From: a virus
Taxonomy: Duplodnaviria > Caudoviricetes
Virus record (IMG/VR): IMGVR_UViG_3300049782_000106
Location: 1-35,643 of that record
Strand: one strand, 5' to 3'
Length of the DNA stretch: 35,643 nt
This document shows, one piece after another, positions 7,878 to 14,735 of this stretch; positions within the stretch are counted from its first letter, which is position 1; each line of letters begins with the position of its first letter. Below the pieces are notes generated by a model. That model did no database searches. It was not told where the DNA came from and saw nothing but the letters and a program-made list of their open reading frames with translations. A program made the translations under genes and the position numbers.

Positions 7878-8117
7878 GTGATCGAGTTCGCCCCTGACCA
7901 GCCACGATGGCGGCAGGTCGCCCAGGTGATCCGGGAACGGATCGCGGACGGCACCTACCCGCCGCGCACCCGCGTCCCGAGCGTCCTGCAGTTGCAGGCG
8001 GAGTTCGGGATCGCCGCGGCAACGGGGCAGAAGGTGCACCGCGCACTGCGCGAGGAGAAGCTCATCTACACCGAGCCGGGGCTGGGTAGCTTCGTTGCTC
8101 CGCAGGCCGTCGACTAG
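7878..8117 (+). CDS. GntR winged-HTH-only regulator
   Basis: RWRQVAQVIRERIADGTYPPRTRVPSVLQLQAEFGIA..GLGSFV. Confidence 0.9.
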   Translation: MIEFAPDQPRWRQVAQVIRERIADGTYPPRTRVPSVLQLQAEFGIAAATGQKVHRALREEKLIYTEPGLGSFVAPQAVD

Positions 8118-8123
8118 CCGTCG

Positions 8124-8146
8124 TTGTCAGACCTGTCGCCTACCCT
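8124..8146 (+). promoter_or_regulatory. RecA-NDp/PafBC-type DNA-damage promoter
   Basis: tTGTCAG-N10-TACCCT, 7 nt before a leaderless ATG at 8154. Confidence 0.65.
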
Positions 8147-8153
8147 GGACGGC

Positions 8154-8315
8154 ATGGGTGGGGACCTGAGCGCCGAGGCGATCAACCAGGAGATCCGGGA
8201 GCTGTGGGCGCGTGCCGGGGGCCGTCTGTCGCCGGAGCAGCGGATGGAATACACGCGGCTTGTCGTGGCGTGGGCCGCGGCGTCGGGGCAGGATGAGGTC
8301 GCCGAGGCGGCATAG
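8154..8315 (+). CDS. 53-aa hypothetical protein
   Basis: Helical pattern SAEAINQEIRELW..EYTRLVVAWAAA; leaderless start. Confidence 0.65.
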   Translation: MGGDLSAEAINQEIRELWARAGGRLSPEQRMEYTRLVVAWAAASGQDEVAEAA

Positions 8316-8324
8316 GATCCGCCC

Positions 8325-8525
8325 GTGGCAATCGAACTAACCCCAGACCTGATCCAGCTTGAAGAGCGCGCCTGGGCCGAGCAGCAGGCCGGCGCACTCA
8401 CCGTGGAGACGGCGCTCGCCGTACAGCAGGCGATCACCGCGCACGCCGAGGCGACCGGAGAGAACCGGTACGAGCTCGAACGGGAGCTGAAGCGGCACGT
8501 CCGCCATCCGGAGTCCGAGGCCTGA
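8325..8525 (+). CDS. 66-aa hypothetical protein
   Basis: TAGGAT -10 lies 6 nt before the GTG; followed by a hairpin. Confidence 0.7.
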   Translation: MAIELTPDLIQLEERAWAEQQAGALTVETALAVQQAITAHAEATGENRYELERELKRHVRHPESEA

Positions 8526-8532
8526 CACGTCT

Positions 8533-8559
8533 CCGCCCCGGTGCATCACGCCGGGGCGG
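8533..8559. terminator. hairpin terminator
   Basis: CCGCCCCGG...CCGGGGCGG. Confidence 0.65.
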
Positions 8560-8604
8560 GTCCGTGTAGCAGCGCCTGCCAGAAGGCGCGGATGTGATGG
8601 ATCG

Positions 8605-8627
8605 AGTGTACGAGCGGGCACCGACAA
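8605..8627 (-). promoter_or_regulatory. RecA-NDp/PafBC-type DNA-damage promoter
   Basis: Minus strand reads tTGTCGG-TGCCCGCTCG-TACACT, a consensus match. Confidence 0.7.
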
Positions 8628-8662
8628 CGGCCGGGCGTCAGGCGGGACGTAGGGTCGACAGG

Positions 8663-8980
8663 GTGAGCAGCGAAATTCCGGTGCCGCGGGAAGAGCCTCC
8701 GTGGAGCGAGGGCCCGCAGCCGCGTGTGACGTCCTGGGTGCCCGGTCACCGGCCCGCGCTGCGGGTGTGGAACGGGCGGCGCTGGGTGTACGCCGAGGTG
8801 CAGGCACGTCACGATTACCCGCCTCCGGACGGCCGGGTCGTCTACCGCGTGCTGATGCGGGTCCGGGCCGATGTCCACTCGGTGCGCGCCTACCGGTGGC
8901 CGCAGCCGGGCCTGCGGGTTGCGCACGGGCCGCGTGAGCCGTCGGAGCAGCCGAGCCACATCGACTCGGCCACAGCCTGA
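8663..8980 (+). CDS. hypothetical protein, about 105 aa
   Basis: TAGGGT -10 lies 7 nt before GTG 8663; beta-rich Trp/Tyr pattern; start uncertain (8594 possible). Confidence 0.6.
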   Translation: MSSEIPVPREEPPWSEGPQPRVTSWVPGHRPALRVWNGRRWVYAEVQARHDYPPPDGRVVYRVLMRVRADVHSVRAYRWPQPGLRVAHGPREPSEQPSHIDSATA

Positions 8981-9003
8981 CCCGGCCGCGGGTACGAGGC
9001 CGG

Positions 9004-9912
9004 CTAGGACGCCTTCTTCTTCCGCGGGGCCGTCGTCTTCTTCGCCGTGGTCTTCTTGGCGGCCGCCTTCTTCGCGGGCTTCTTCGGGGCGGGTATCTCG
9101 TGCACGGTGGCGTGCTCCCCCGTCTCACCGCGGGACGCGCGGGCCTGCTCGACGCTCGCGTTGAGGGCGGCCATCAGGTCGACCAGCTGCCCCTCGGGCT
9201 CCGGCGCGGCGCCGCCTACGGTCTGCGGCTGGCGGTGCTCGGCCTTCGCGTGGATGAGCTCCTCGAGGGCCTCGCGGTACTCGTCCCGGAACTCTTCGAG
9301 GGTGTCGGTGGTCATGGCGTCGATCAGCGCGACGGCGCCGTCGACCTCCGAGTCGCCGATCTCCACGGTCGGCGGGGCGACCTCGGAGGAGTCCCGGATC
9401 TCGTCCGGCCACCGCATGGCGTGCAGGGCGATGACCTCGTCGTCCAGCACCTGCAGCAGACCCAGTCTCTCCCTGTTGTGCCACGCGAATTTCGCGATGG
9501 CCACCCTGCTCGACCGCCGCAGCGCCTCGCGCAGCAGCTTGTACGGCTTCGCCGCGACCTGCCCGTCCGCGGCCAGGTAGTAGGAGTCGCCGATCCGGAT
9601 AGGGTCGATCGAGGAGGCCGGCACGAACGCGACGATCTCAATCGCCTTGGCCGTTGGCAGCGGCATCGAGTCGAGCTCCTCGTCCGTGACCGGCACGACC
9701 GTGTCCTTGGAGAGCTCATAGCCGCGGCCGATCTCGTGCTGCTCCAGCACCTGGCCGTCCAGCGAGCACACCTTCTGGTAGCGGATCCGGCCGCCGTCCT
9801 TCTCGTGCACCTGGTGGAAGGAGATGTTGTGCGACTCGGTCGCGCTCAGGACCTTGATCGGGATGGTCACGAGCCCGAAGCTGATGGCGCCGGACCAGAC
9901 GGGGCGGGGCAT
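9004..9912 (-). CDS. ku: Ku DNA end-binding protein
   Basis: MPRPVWSGAISFGLVTIPIK, GGRIRYQK, LHAMRWPDEIR, DLMAALNASV, Lys/Ala-rich tail; GGAGG RBS. Confidence 0.95.
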   Translation of the reverse strand: MPRPVWSGAISFGLVTIPIKVLSATESHNISFHQVHEKDGGRIRYQKVCSLDGQVLEQHEIGRGYELSKDTVVPVTDEELDSMPLPTAKAIEIVAFVPASSIDPIRIGDSYYLAADGQVAAKPYKLLREALRRSSRVAIAKFAWHNRERLGLLQVLDDEVIALHAMRWPDEIRDSSEVAPPTVEIGDSEVDGAVALIDAMTTDTLEEFRDEYREALEELIHAKAEHRQPQTVGGAAPEPEGQLVDLMAALNASVEQARASRGETGEHATVHEIPAPKKPAKKAAAKKTTAKKTTAPRKKKAS

Positions 9913-9991
9913 GGCAGACCTCCGTGACAGCCCCGAGCACCGCCAGCCTACGACGGCGCCGCCGTGCCCGCACCAGACCGTCGTCGTCACT

Positions 9992-10021
9992 TTGCGCTGC
10001 CCGCCGGTCACCGTCTAGGAT
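9992..10021 (+). promoter_or_regulatory. principal-sigma-type promoter
   Basis: TTGCGC-N18-TAGGAT. Confidence 0.55.
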
Positions 10022-10236
10022 CACGCCTGGAGTTTCTCTGCGCCGCGACCATACCGACGGCGGAACTCCGCGGCCGACGAGCCGCCAGGAAAGACACAGG
10101 AAACAGGAAGGAAAGCACGTGCAGGCCAAGAACTTGGCCGAGCGCGGGTGACCTTCGCGCGCCCGGGTTCGGTCGACAAACCCGACCCGGGATCCCCCGG
10201 GGCGGGCGACACAACAACCCGGAGGAACAGCAGGAT

Positions 10237-10383
10237 ATGCACGAGATCGCGATCGGGGTCGGCTTCGGCTTCAGCTCTACAATCGGCGCGACGATCACCT
10301 ATTTCAAGATGAAGGCGAAGCGGAAGCAGCTGATCCGCGAGGAGGTGGAGGCCATCCTCCGCGAGTACGGCATCATCGCGTAG
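10237..10383 (+). CDS. 48-aa single-pass membrane peptide
   Basis: GGAGGA upstream; MHEIAIGVGFGFSSTIGATITYF-KMKAKRK...; followed by a hairpin. Confidence 0.65.
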   Translation: MHEIAIGVGFGFSSTIGATITYFKMKAKRKQLIREEVEAILREYGIIA

Positions 10384-10392
10384 CGCGTCGGC

Positions 10393-10420
10393 GCCCGTCC
10401 CGAGTTTCATCGGGGCGGGC
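10393..10420. terminator. hairpin terminator
   Basis: GCCCGTCCCGA-N6-TCGGGGCGGGC. Confidence 0.6.
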
Positions 10421-10615
10421 CCCTGCTCTGTACGCGCGCATGCGCCTGGCCTCCCGTGGGGAGCCGGGAGGCGGCGCGGCCCCGCCTGCGCGGTCGACGC
10501 AGGCAGGGCCGATGCGAGCTACCCGACGGGGATTCGAGTGCCGCACCAGCAGAATGCACCTGAACCAGCCATGGCGGTAGATGTGCGGCTGGAATATGTC
10601 GGTGGTGCGCAGGGG

Positions 10616-10645
10616 GTGACATGAAGCGCGCGTGCCGCCTAGCGT
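10616..10645 (+). promoter_or_regulatory. principal-sigma-type promoter
   Basis: GTGACA-N18-TAGCGT; predicted +1 near 10652 coincides with the start of a long stem. Confidence 0.55.
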
Positions 10646-10651
10646 GAGCAG

Positions 10652-10716
10652 GCGGCCGCCGATTCGTTCGCAGCGACCCGCAAGGGTGTGGGGTGCGCCC
10701 CACTCTCGGCGGCCGC
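10652..10716 (+). ncRNA. putative structured RNA / 5' leader
   Basis: 11-bp closing stem GCGGCCGCCGA/TCGGCGGCCGC enclosing ACCC-GCAA-GGGT and GTGGGG-TGCG-CCCCAC hairpins. Confidence 0.5.
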
Positions 10717-10736
10717 ACCTACTTCAGGGAGGCAGC

Positions 10737-10763
10737 ATGCGCCGCGACAGCATCTGGGGCTGA
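10737..10763 (+). CDS. putative 8-aa micropeptide MRRDSIWG
   Basis: GGGAGG RBS 4 nt before ATG; preferred high-GC codons throughout; hairpin right after. Confidence 0.4.
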   Translation: MRRDSIWG

Positions 10764-10776
10764 CCCCACACGACAT

Positions 10777-10807
10777 CGCCCCTACAGCCGGCGCGGCTGT
10801 GGGGGCG
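10777..10807. terminator. hairpin terminator between convergent units
   Basis: CGCCCCTACAGCC-N5-GGCTGTGGGGGCG. Confidence 0.65.
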
Positions 10808-10822
10808 TGCGGGTGTCGGCTG

Positions 10823-10993
10823 TCAGGCGGGGCCGTGGTTGCCCGCGGCCCGCAAGGCGCGGCCCATCTCCTGGCATGCGCGCTGGACGGCTGGGGTCGT
10901 CGACCGCGCAGCCTGGTCGACCCAGAGCATGACTTCGGCGACCCGCTCCACCGTGGCGGGGTTTAGCTGCGGCTTCACGAACTGGACGAGCAT
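10823..10993 (-). CDS. 56-aa hypothetical protein (MLVQFVKPQLNPATVERVAEVMLWVDQ...), absent from the ORF track
   Basis: Strong GAGGAGG RBS; ends just before the hairpin. Confidence 0.6.
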   Translation of the reverse strand: MLVQFVKPQLNPATVERVAEVMLWVDQAARSTTPAVQRACQEMGRALRAAGNHGPA

Positions 10994-11029
10994 GGTGCCT
11001 CCTCGAGTGTGGCCTCAGTGTGGCAGGCG

Positions 11030-11079
11030 CCGCGAACTACTAGTGATCTACCAGTGGAGGAAGATCTAGTAGTTCGCGG
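11030..11079. repeat. 14-bp perfect inverted repeat
   Basis: CCGCGAACTACTAG-N22-CTAGTAGTTCGCGG. Confidence 0.85.
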
Positions 11080-11101
11080 TCGACCAGCGCATAACGTTCC
11101 C

Positions 11102-11449
11102 CTACGTGCTGGCCTCGAAAGCTTCCAGGACGCTGACGAGTGCCGCGCGCTGCTTGGGGTTCAGCCGCTGGATCCGCTGGGCGAGCTGAGCGGGGTCCTC
11201 GGCAGGAGGCGGGGCATCACCGTTGAGTACCGCCTCGACCGCCCCGGCTGGCCAACCCAAAGTGCGGGCAATCGGCGCCAGCGTGTATGGCATGCGCGTG
11301 CGCGGTGGCTTGCCCGCCTCGGCCGTCTGCACGCTACCGAGGGAAACCTCGGCCCGCTCCGCGACCTCGACCTGAGAGAGCCCGCCGTGCTGGCGCGCGA
11401 TACGCAAGGCGGTACCCAGACGCACCCAGTCTTCCGGAGACCAGTTCAC
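11102..11449 (-). CDS. XRE-family HTH regulator
   Basis: LGTALRIARQHGGLSQVEVAERAEVSLGSVQTAEAG; GTGA-coupled to the resolvase gene. Confidence 0.85.
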   Translation of the reverse strand: MNWSPEDWVRLGTALRIARQHGGLSQVEVAERAEVSLGSVQTAEAGKPPRTRMPYTLAPIARTLGWPAGAVEAVLNGDAPPPAEDPAQLAQRIQRLNPKQRAALVSVLEAFEAST

Positions 11450-12066
11450 CGGCTAACTCCGCCCTCAGGCTGGAGCTGAGCGTCGTAGCGCTGGAGAGCT
11501 TGGGAGATGGCGCCGATGCTGGGGTTCTTTCCCTTGTTCTGGCCTTCGGCGATGCGGAGGTGGGGCTGGATCTGCCGGATAGTGAAGCCTCGCTCGCGCA
11601 GGGCGGCAGCCTGGATAGTCAGCGCCTCGGTCATGACGGGCTTGCGTCCCCCGACGCGGCCGCGCTTGCGTGCAGACTCCAGGCCGTTCTTCGTCTTCCT
11701 CACGATGTCGCGCCGCCGGTCTTCGGCCAGGGCGAGAGCCAGGTCGAGGATGAGGGTGCGCTCCGTATGCTCGCCGGCTGCGATGCCTTCCAGCACCTTG
11801 ACGGCAATGCCCCGCTCGAAGAGGTCGTTGAGGACGATCAGTCCTTCGAGAAGGTTGCGGCCGAGGCGGTCGACCTCCTGCACGCAGAGCATGTCGCCCT
11901 CGCGCACATACTCGATCGCGGCCAGGAGTCCGGGGCGCTCTTCTGCCCGAAGCTTGCCGCTCATCTTCTCTTCGAAGACCTTGATGCAGATCGGCCCGAG
12001 GGCGTCGTGCTGCCGCTGGGTGTTCTGCTTGTCGGTGCTGACTCGGACGAGGCCGACTAGCGCCAT
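11446..12066 (-). CDS. small serine recombinase (resolvase/invertase family)
   Basis: RVSTDKQ (catalytic Ser), RPGL, VDRLGRN, GRVGGRKP, C-terminal HTH; GAGGGG RBS. Confidence 0.95.
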   Translation of the reverse strand: MALVGLVRVSTDKQNTQRQHDALGPICIKVFEEKMSGKLRAEERPGLLAAIEYVREGDMLCVQEVDRLGRNLLEGLIVLNDLFERGIAVKVLEGIAAGEHTERTLILDLALALAEDRRRDIVRKTKNGLESARKRGRVGGRKPVMTEALTIQAAALRERGFTIRQIQPHLRIAEGQNKGKNPSIGAISQALQRYDAQLQPEGGVSR

Positions 12067-12080
12067 CCAACTTCCCCTCT

Positions 12081-12213
12081 GTTCAGGAAACGTAGTGACT
12101 ACTTTTCTGAACACTACCAGATAGATGAACGAGTTTCTGAACAACTCGACCTGCAGGGGCGGATGTTCAGACCCGCCCTCGTTCAGGTTCAGCTTCCGAC
12201 CGATTGATGAACA
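12081..12213. promoter_or_regulatory. res-like site
   Basis: AT-rich, with repeated GTTCAG/(C/A)TGAAC half-sites, e.g. GTTCAGGAAACGTAGTGACTACTTTTCTGAAC at 12081-12112, directly upstream of the resolvase gene. Confidence 0.7.
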
Positions 12214-12229
12214 GCCTCACCCTCGGACT

Positions 12230-12271
12230 GCCTGTAGACAGGTCTACAGGCTAGATGTAGAGTGGTCTACA
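12230..12271. promoter_or_regulatory. tandem operators TGTAGA-N4-TCTACA
   Basis: GCCTGTAGAC-AG-GTCTACAGGC at 12230-12251 and TGTAGA-GTGG-TCTACA at 12256-12271. Confidence 0.7.
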
Positions 12272-12306
12272 GATGAGGGCGAGGGTCGCACTCGGAGGGG
12301 ACCGTC

Positions 12307-12675
12307 ATGGGCATGCAGCGCTACGAACTCGAAGCTTGGCTCGGCGACGACCACGGCCTCACCGACGAGCAGATGGACGAACTCCTGCACACCGCAGACG
12401 AGATCGAAGAGCGCTACCCCGACGAGGACGACCAGGACGAGCGCGAGGCCGCCCTGGTCGCCGCCTACCGGCTCATGACCGAAGCCCCGGAAGACCTCAT
12501 CGAGGAACTCGCCCACGAACGCATCAGTGCCCGCGTCGCCGAACGCAAGGCGCTCGCCGGCCTCCGCCAGATCGGCACCACGCGAATCGGCAACGGCGAC
12601 GACACAGAGTCGGGGTTCGCTCGGCGTGCCCGCCTCGACCGCATGGCCGTCCGCGGCTGGCTCGGCAAGCGCTGA
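12307..12675 (+). CDS. acidic protein with a C-terminal HTH
   Basis: GGAGGGG RBS; ESGFARRARLDRMAVRGWLGK terminal HTH typical of actinophage DNA-binding proteins. Confidence 0.75.
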   Translation: MGMQRYELEAWLGDDHGLTDEQMDELLHTADEIEERYPDEDDQDEREAALVAAYRLMTEAPEDLIEELAHERISARVAERKALAGLRQIGTTRIGNGDDTESGFARRARLDRMAVRGWLGKR

Positions 12676-12686
12676 GCGCGCACGGC

Positions 12687-12723
12687 AGAAGGCCCCTCCC
12701 GCCCGTAGGCGAGAGGGGCTTCT
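12687..12723. terminator. bidirectional terminator at the end of the late operon
   Basis: AGAAGGCCCCTC...GAGGGGCTTCT between convergent genes. Confidence 0.7.
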
Positions 12724-13029
12724 TCACTTTGGGCTGCCGGGCTTCCCGCGCTTGATCCAGCGTGCGACGGTCTCGACGGTCGCCGCGTCGAGCTTGGCTA
12801 GCTTCGTGACGGCGGTCGCGTCGTCCGCGGTCTTCACGACGCCGGAGTCGACGAGCGCCGTGTCGAGCATCATGATGTGCGCCGTCTCTTGTGCCGGCTG
12901 GGTCGGCGGCTCCGGATCCGGGGGCGGCTCAGGGGGCGGCTCCTGCCAGCCGAGGTCGACCTGCGTGTCGAGGTCCGCGGCGCCCGGGTCGGGCCGGCGC
13001 GCTACCGGCCGCTCCGCGGGAAACTCCAT
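12724..13029 (-). CDS. hypothetical protein, Pro-rich, last late gene
   Basis: GGAG RBS; starts 1 bp after the upstream stop. Confidence 0.65.
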   Translation of the reverse strand: MEFPAERPVARRPDPGAADLDTQVDLGWQEPPPEPPPDPEPPTQPAQETAHIMMLDTALVDSGVVKTADDATAVTKLAKLDAATVETVARWIKRGKPGSPK

Positions 13030-13030
13030 G

Positions 13031-13390
13031 TCAGACTCCAGTTCGGTTGTACTCCTCCACCCGCTCGGGCGGTGCCGGGGGTTCGATCCCGTGCTGGCGC
13101 ATCTGCCCGGTCAGCTCCGACACATAGAATGCGAACGCCCTGACGAGCGCGCGCAGGGAGCGGATCTCATCCCGGGTCTCGCGCAGATCCTGCTCCTGCT
13201 TCTCGCGGATCTCCCTGAACGCCTGCAGGTCGGCCTGCCGTTGCGCCGGCTCCGACGACACCACGGCCGCTACCTCGGTCGCCCTCGCCGATGCGGCTGC
13301 TGCAGCCCTCGACGAGCGCGCCGTGTACGTGGCTCCGATCAGGGTCAGCACGGCTCCGCTGACCGTGGCGATCGCTGCCCAGATGTTCAT
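13031..13390 (-). CDS. membrane-anchored coiled-coil lysis-cassette protein
   Basis: N-terminal TM, coiled coil, GIEPPAPP tail; ATGA coupling. Confidence 0.7.
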   Translation of the reverse strand: MNIWAAIATVSGAVLTLIGATYTARSSRAAAAASARATEVAAVVSSEPAQRQADLQAFREIREKQEQDLRETRDEIRSLRALVRAFAFYVSELTGQMRQHGIEPPAPPERVEEYNRTGV

Positions 13391-13830
13391 CCGCCCTTAC
13401 CTCTCCGGGCGCGGCGCGGAGCTGGGGGGACCGAGAATTCGGGCACCGTCGCGGCCCACATGATGACCCCGACGTGCGAGGTCAGATACCAGGTTGCGAA
13501 CCACAGGCCCTGCGAGTACTCGCCGAGGATGACGCCGACGAGGTAGGCCAATGTCCACACTGACGGCGGAATCAGTGCGGCAACGAAGCCCCAGCGGTCT
13601 CGGCCGACCGGGAGGAGGGATGACGCTGCTGTGACAAGGCCCGCCGTGATCCATAGCCAGGACCAGTGGCGGATGTCGCAGAGTCGGGTGAGTAGCTGCA
13701 GCCCTTGGGAGTTCGGGGGGTCTGTCAGCCACATGATCCCAAAGCAGGTCTTGCCGATGCCGAGGATCAAGAGGAAGACGCCGCGGCGCCCCAGGAGGCG
13801 GAAGACCCACCGGGACGCACGGCGCCCCAT
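13387..13830 (-). CDS. 4-TM membrane protein (holin-like)
   Basis: Four hydrophobic segments; position in the lysis cassette. Confidence 0.7.
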   Translation of the reverse strand: MGRRASRWVFRLLGRRGVFLLILGIGKTCFGIMWLTDPPNSQGLQLLTRLCDIRHWSWLWITAGLVTAASSLLPVGRDRWGFVAALIPPSVWTLAYLVGVILGEYSQGLWFATWYLTSHVGVIMWAATVPEFSVPPAPRRARRGKGG

Positions 13831-14177
13831 TACACGCCCCGGACCGGCGCCGACGGGCTGGTCGGGGAGACCTGGGCGCGGGTGAGGAGGCCGAGGACGG
13901 CGAGGACGACGGCGTTCAGGGCGCCGACCGTCTCGGCTCCGACCTCGAGCCCGTAGGCGGCGAGCAGTGCGACGCCCGCGGCGACGAGTCCGGTGAACGC
14001 CGACGGGGCGATGGGCCGGGTGACGGCGGCGGTAGCCGCAGCGAACACGGCGGAGACGACGGCGACGATGGCGCCGGCCTGCTCGGCGCTGAGGCCGAAG
14101 TTGAAGGAGACGATCAGCGACAGGCCCGCGCTGATCGCGGAGATGATGAGAGCCGGTTCGCGGTCGAAGATTCTCAC
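13830..14177 (-). CDS. holin
   Basis: MRIFDREPAL..., four TM segments, TRAQVSP C-terminus typical of Streptomyces phage holins. Confidence 0.75.
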   Translation of the reverse strand: MRIFDREPALIISAISAGLSLIVSFNFGLSAEQAGAIVAVVSAVFAAATAAVTRPIAPSAFTGLVAAGVALLAAYGLEVGAETVGALNAVVLAVLGLLTRAQVSPTSPSAPVRGV

Positions 14178-14192
14178 GATGGTGCTCCGTTT

Positions 14193-14735
14193 CTAAGCGC
14201 GTTCGGCGAGCCAGCGCCGGACGGTCTGGTTGTGCCGGGCATCGGCGAGTGCGTTGTGCTCGCCGCTCTCCTGCTTGGGCAGGTCGTCCCAGGAGAGTCC
14301 CTGGCGAGAGCGTTCCTGCTGGATGTCGTGGGTGAACATGGGGACGCCTTCAGGAAGGTCGATCATGCGGCCCCAGAGCTGGGCGAGGCAGACGTGGTCG
14401 TAGGCGCCGTAGTTGGCCCACAACTGGACGTCCGGCCCGGAGGCGCGGATGAAGTCCATGACCTCGTCGGCGATGCGCTCGCGCCGCTTCACGACCGGGT
14501 CGGCGTAGTCGAACAGCCAGGACTTCGGCACGTGATTGCGCCGGTCTCCCTGTCCCTTTGGCAGGCTTGGGACGACGTTCTCCATCAGCCACTTGTGCTT
14601 GCGGATCTTCCGGACGGGCATGTCCCGGTTGACGGCGTAGTACTCGCGGCCGTCGTCGGAGACCATGCCGATAGAGATGAGCTCGATGTGGCGGCCGTCC
14701 TCGAGGAACTCAAGGTCGTAGTCGATGGCTACCAT
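14193..14735 (-). CDS. DEDDh 3'-5' exonuclease, RNase AS/Rv2179c (DUF5051)-like
   Basis: DYDLEF, IELISIGMV, WANYGAYDHVCLAQLWG, HNALADAR. Confidence 0.85.
   Translation of the reverse strand: MVAIDYDLEFLEDGRHIELISIGMVSDDGREYYAVNRDMPVRKIRKHKWLMENVVPSLPKGQGDRRNHVPKSWLFDYADPVVKRRERIADEVMDFIRASGPDVQLWANYGAYDHVCLAQLWGRMIDLPEGVPMFTHDIQQERSRQGLSWDDLPKQESGEHNALADARHNQTVRRWLAERA

Noticed and set aside
10086-10115. CsrA/RsmA sponge (repeated CAGGA)
   Set aside because: Few copies, not clearly in hairpin loops, and CsrA is not a typical Streptomyces regulator
10621-10647. Micro-ORF MKRACRLA after AGGGGG
   Set aside because: It lies within the -35/-10 region of the predicted promoter and uses a rare CTA codon; better explained as promoter sequence
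10500-10720. tRNA gene(s), suggested by minus-strand TCGAATCCC and variable/T-arm-like hairpins
   Set aside because: No complete cloverleaf: no D arm, anticodon arm or proper TTC loop
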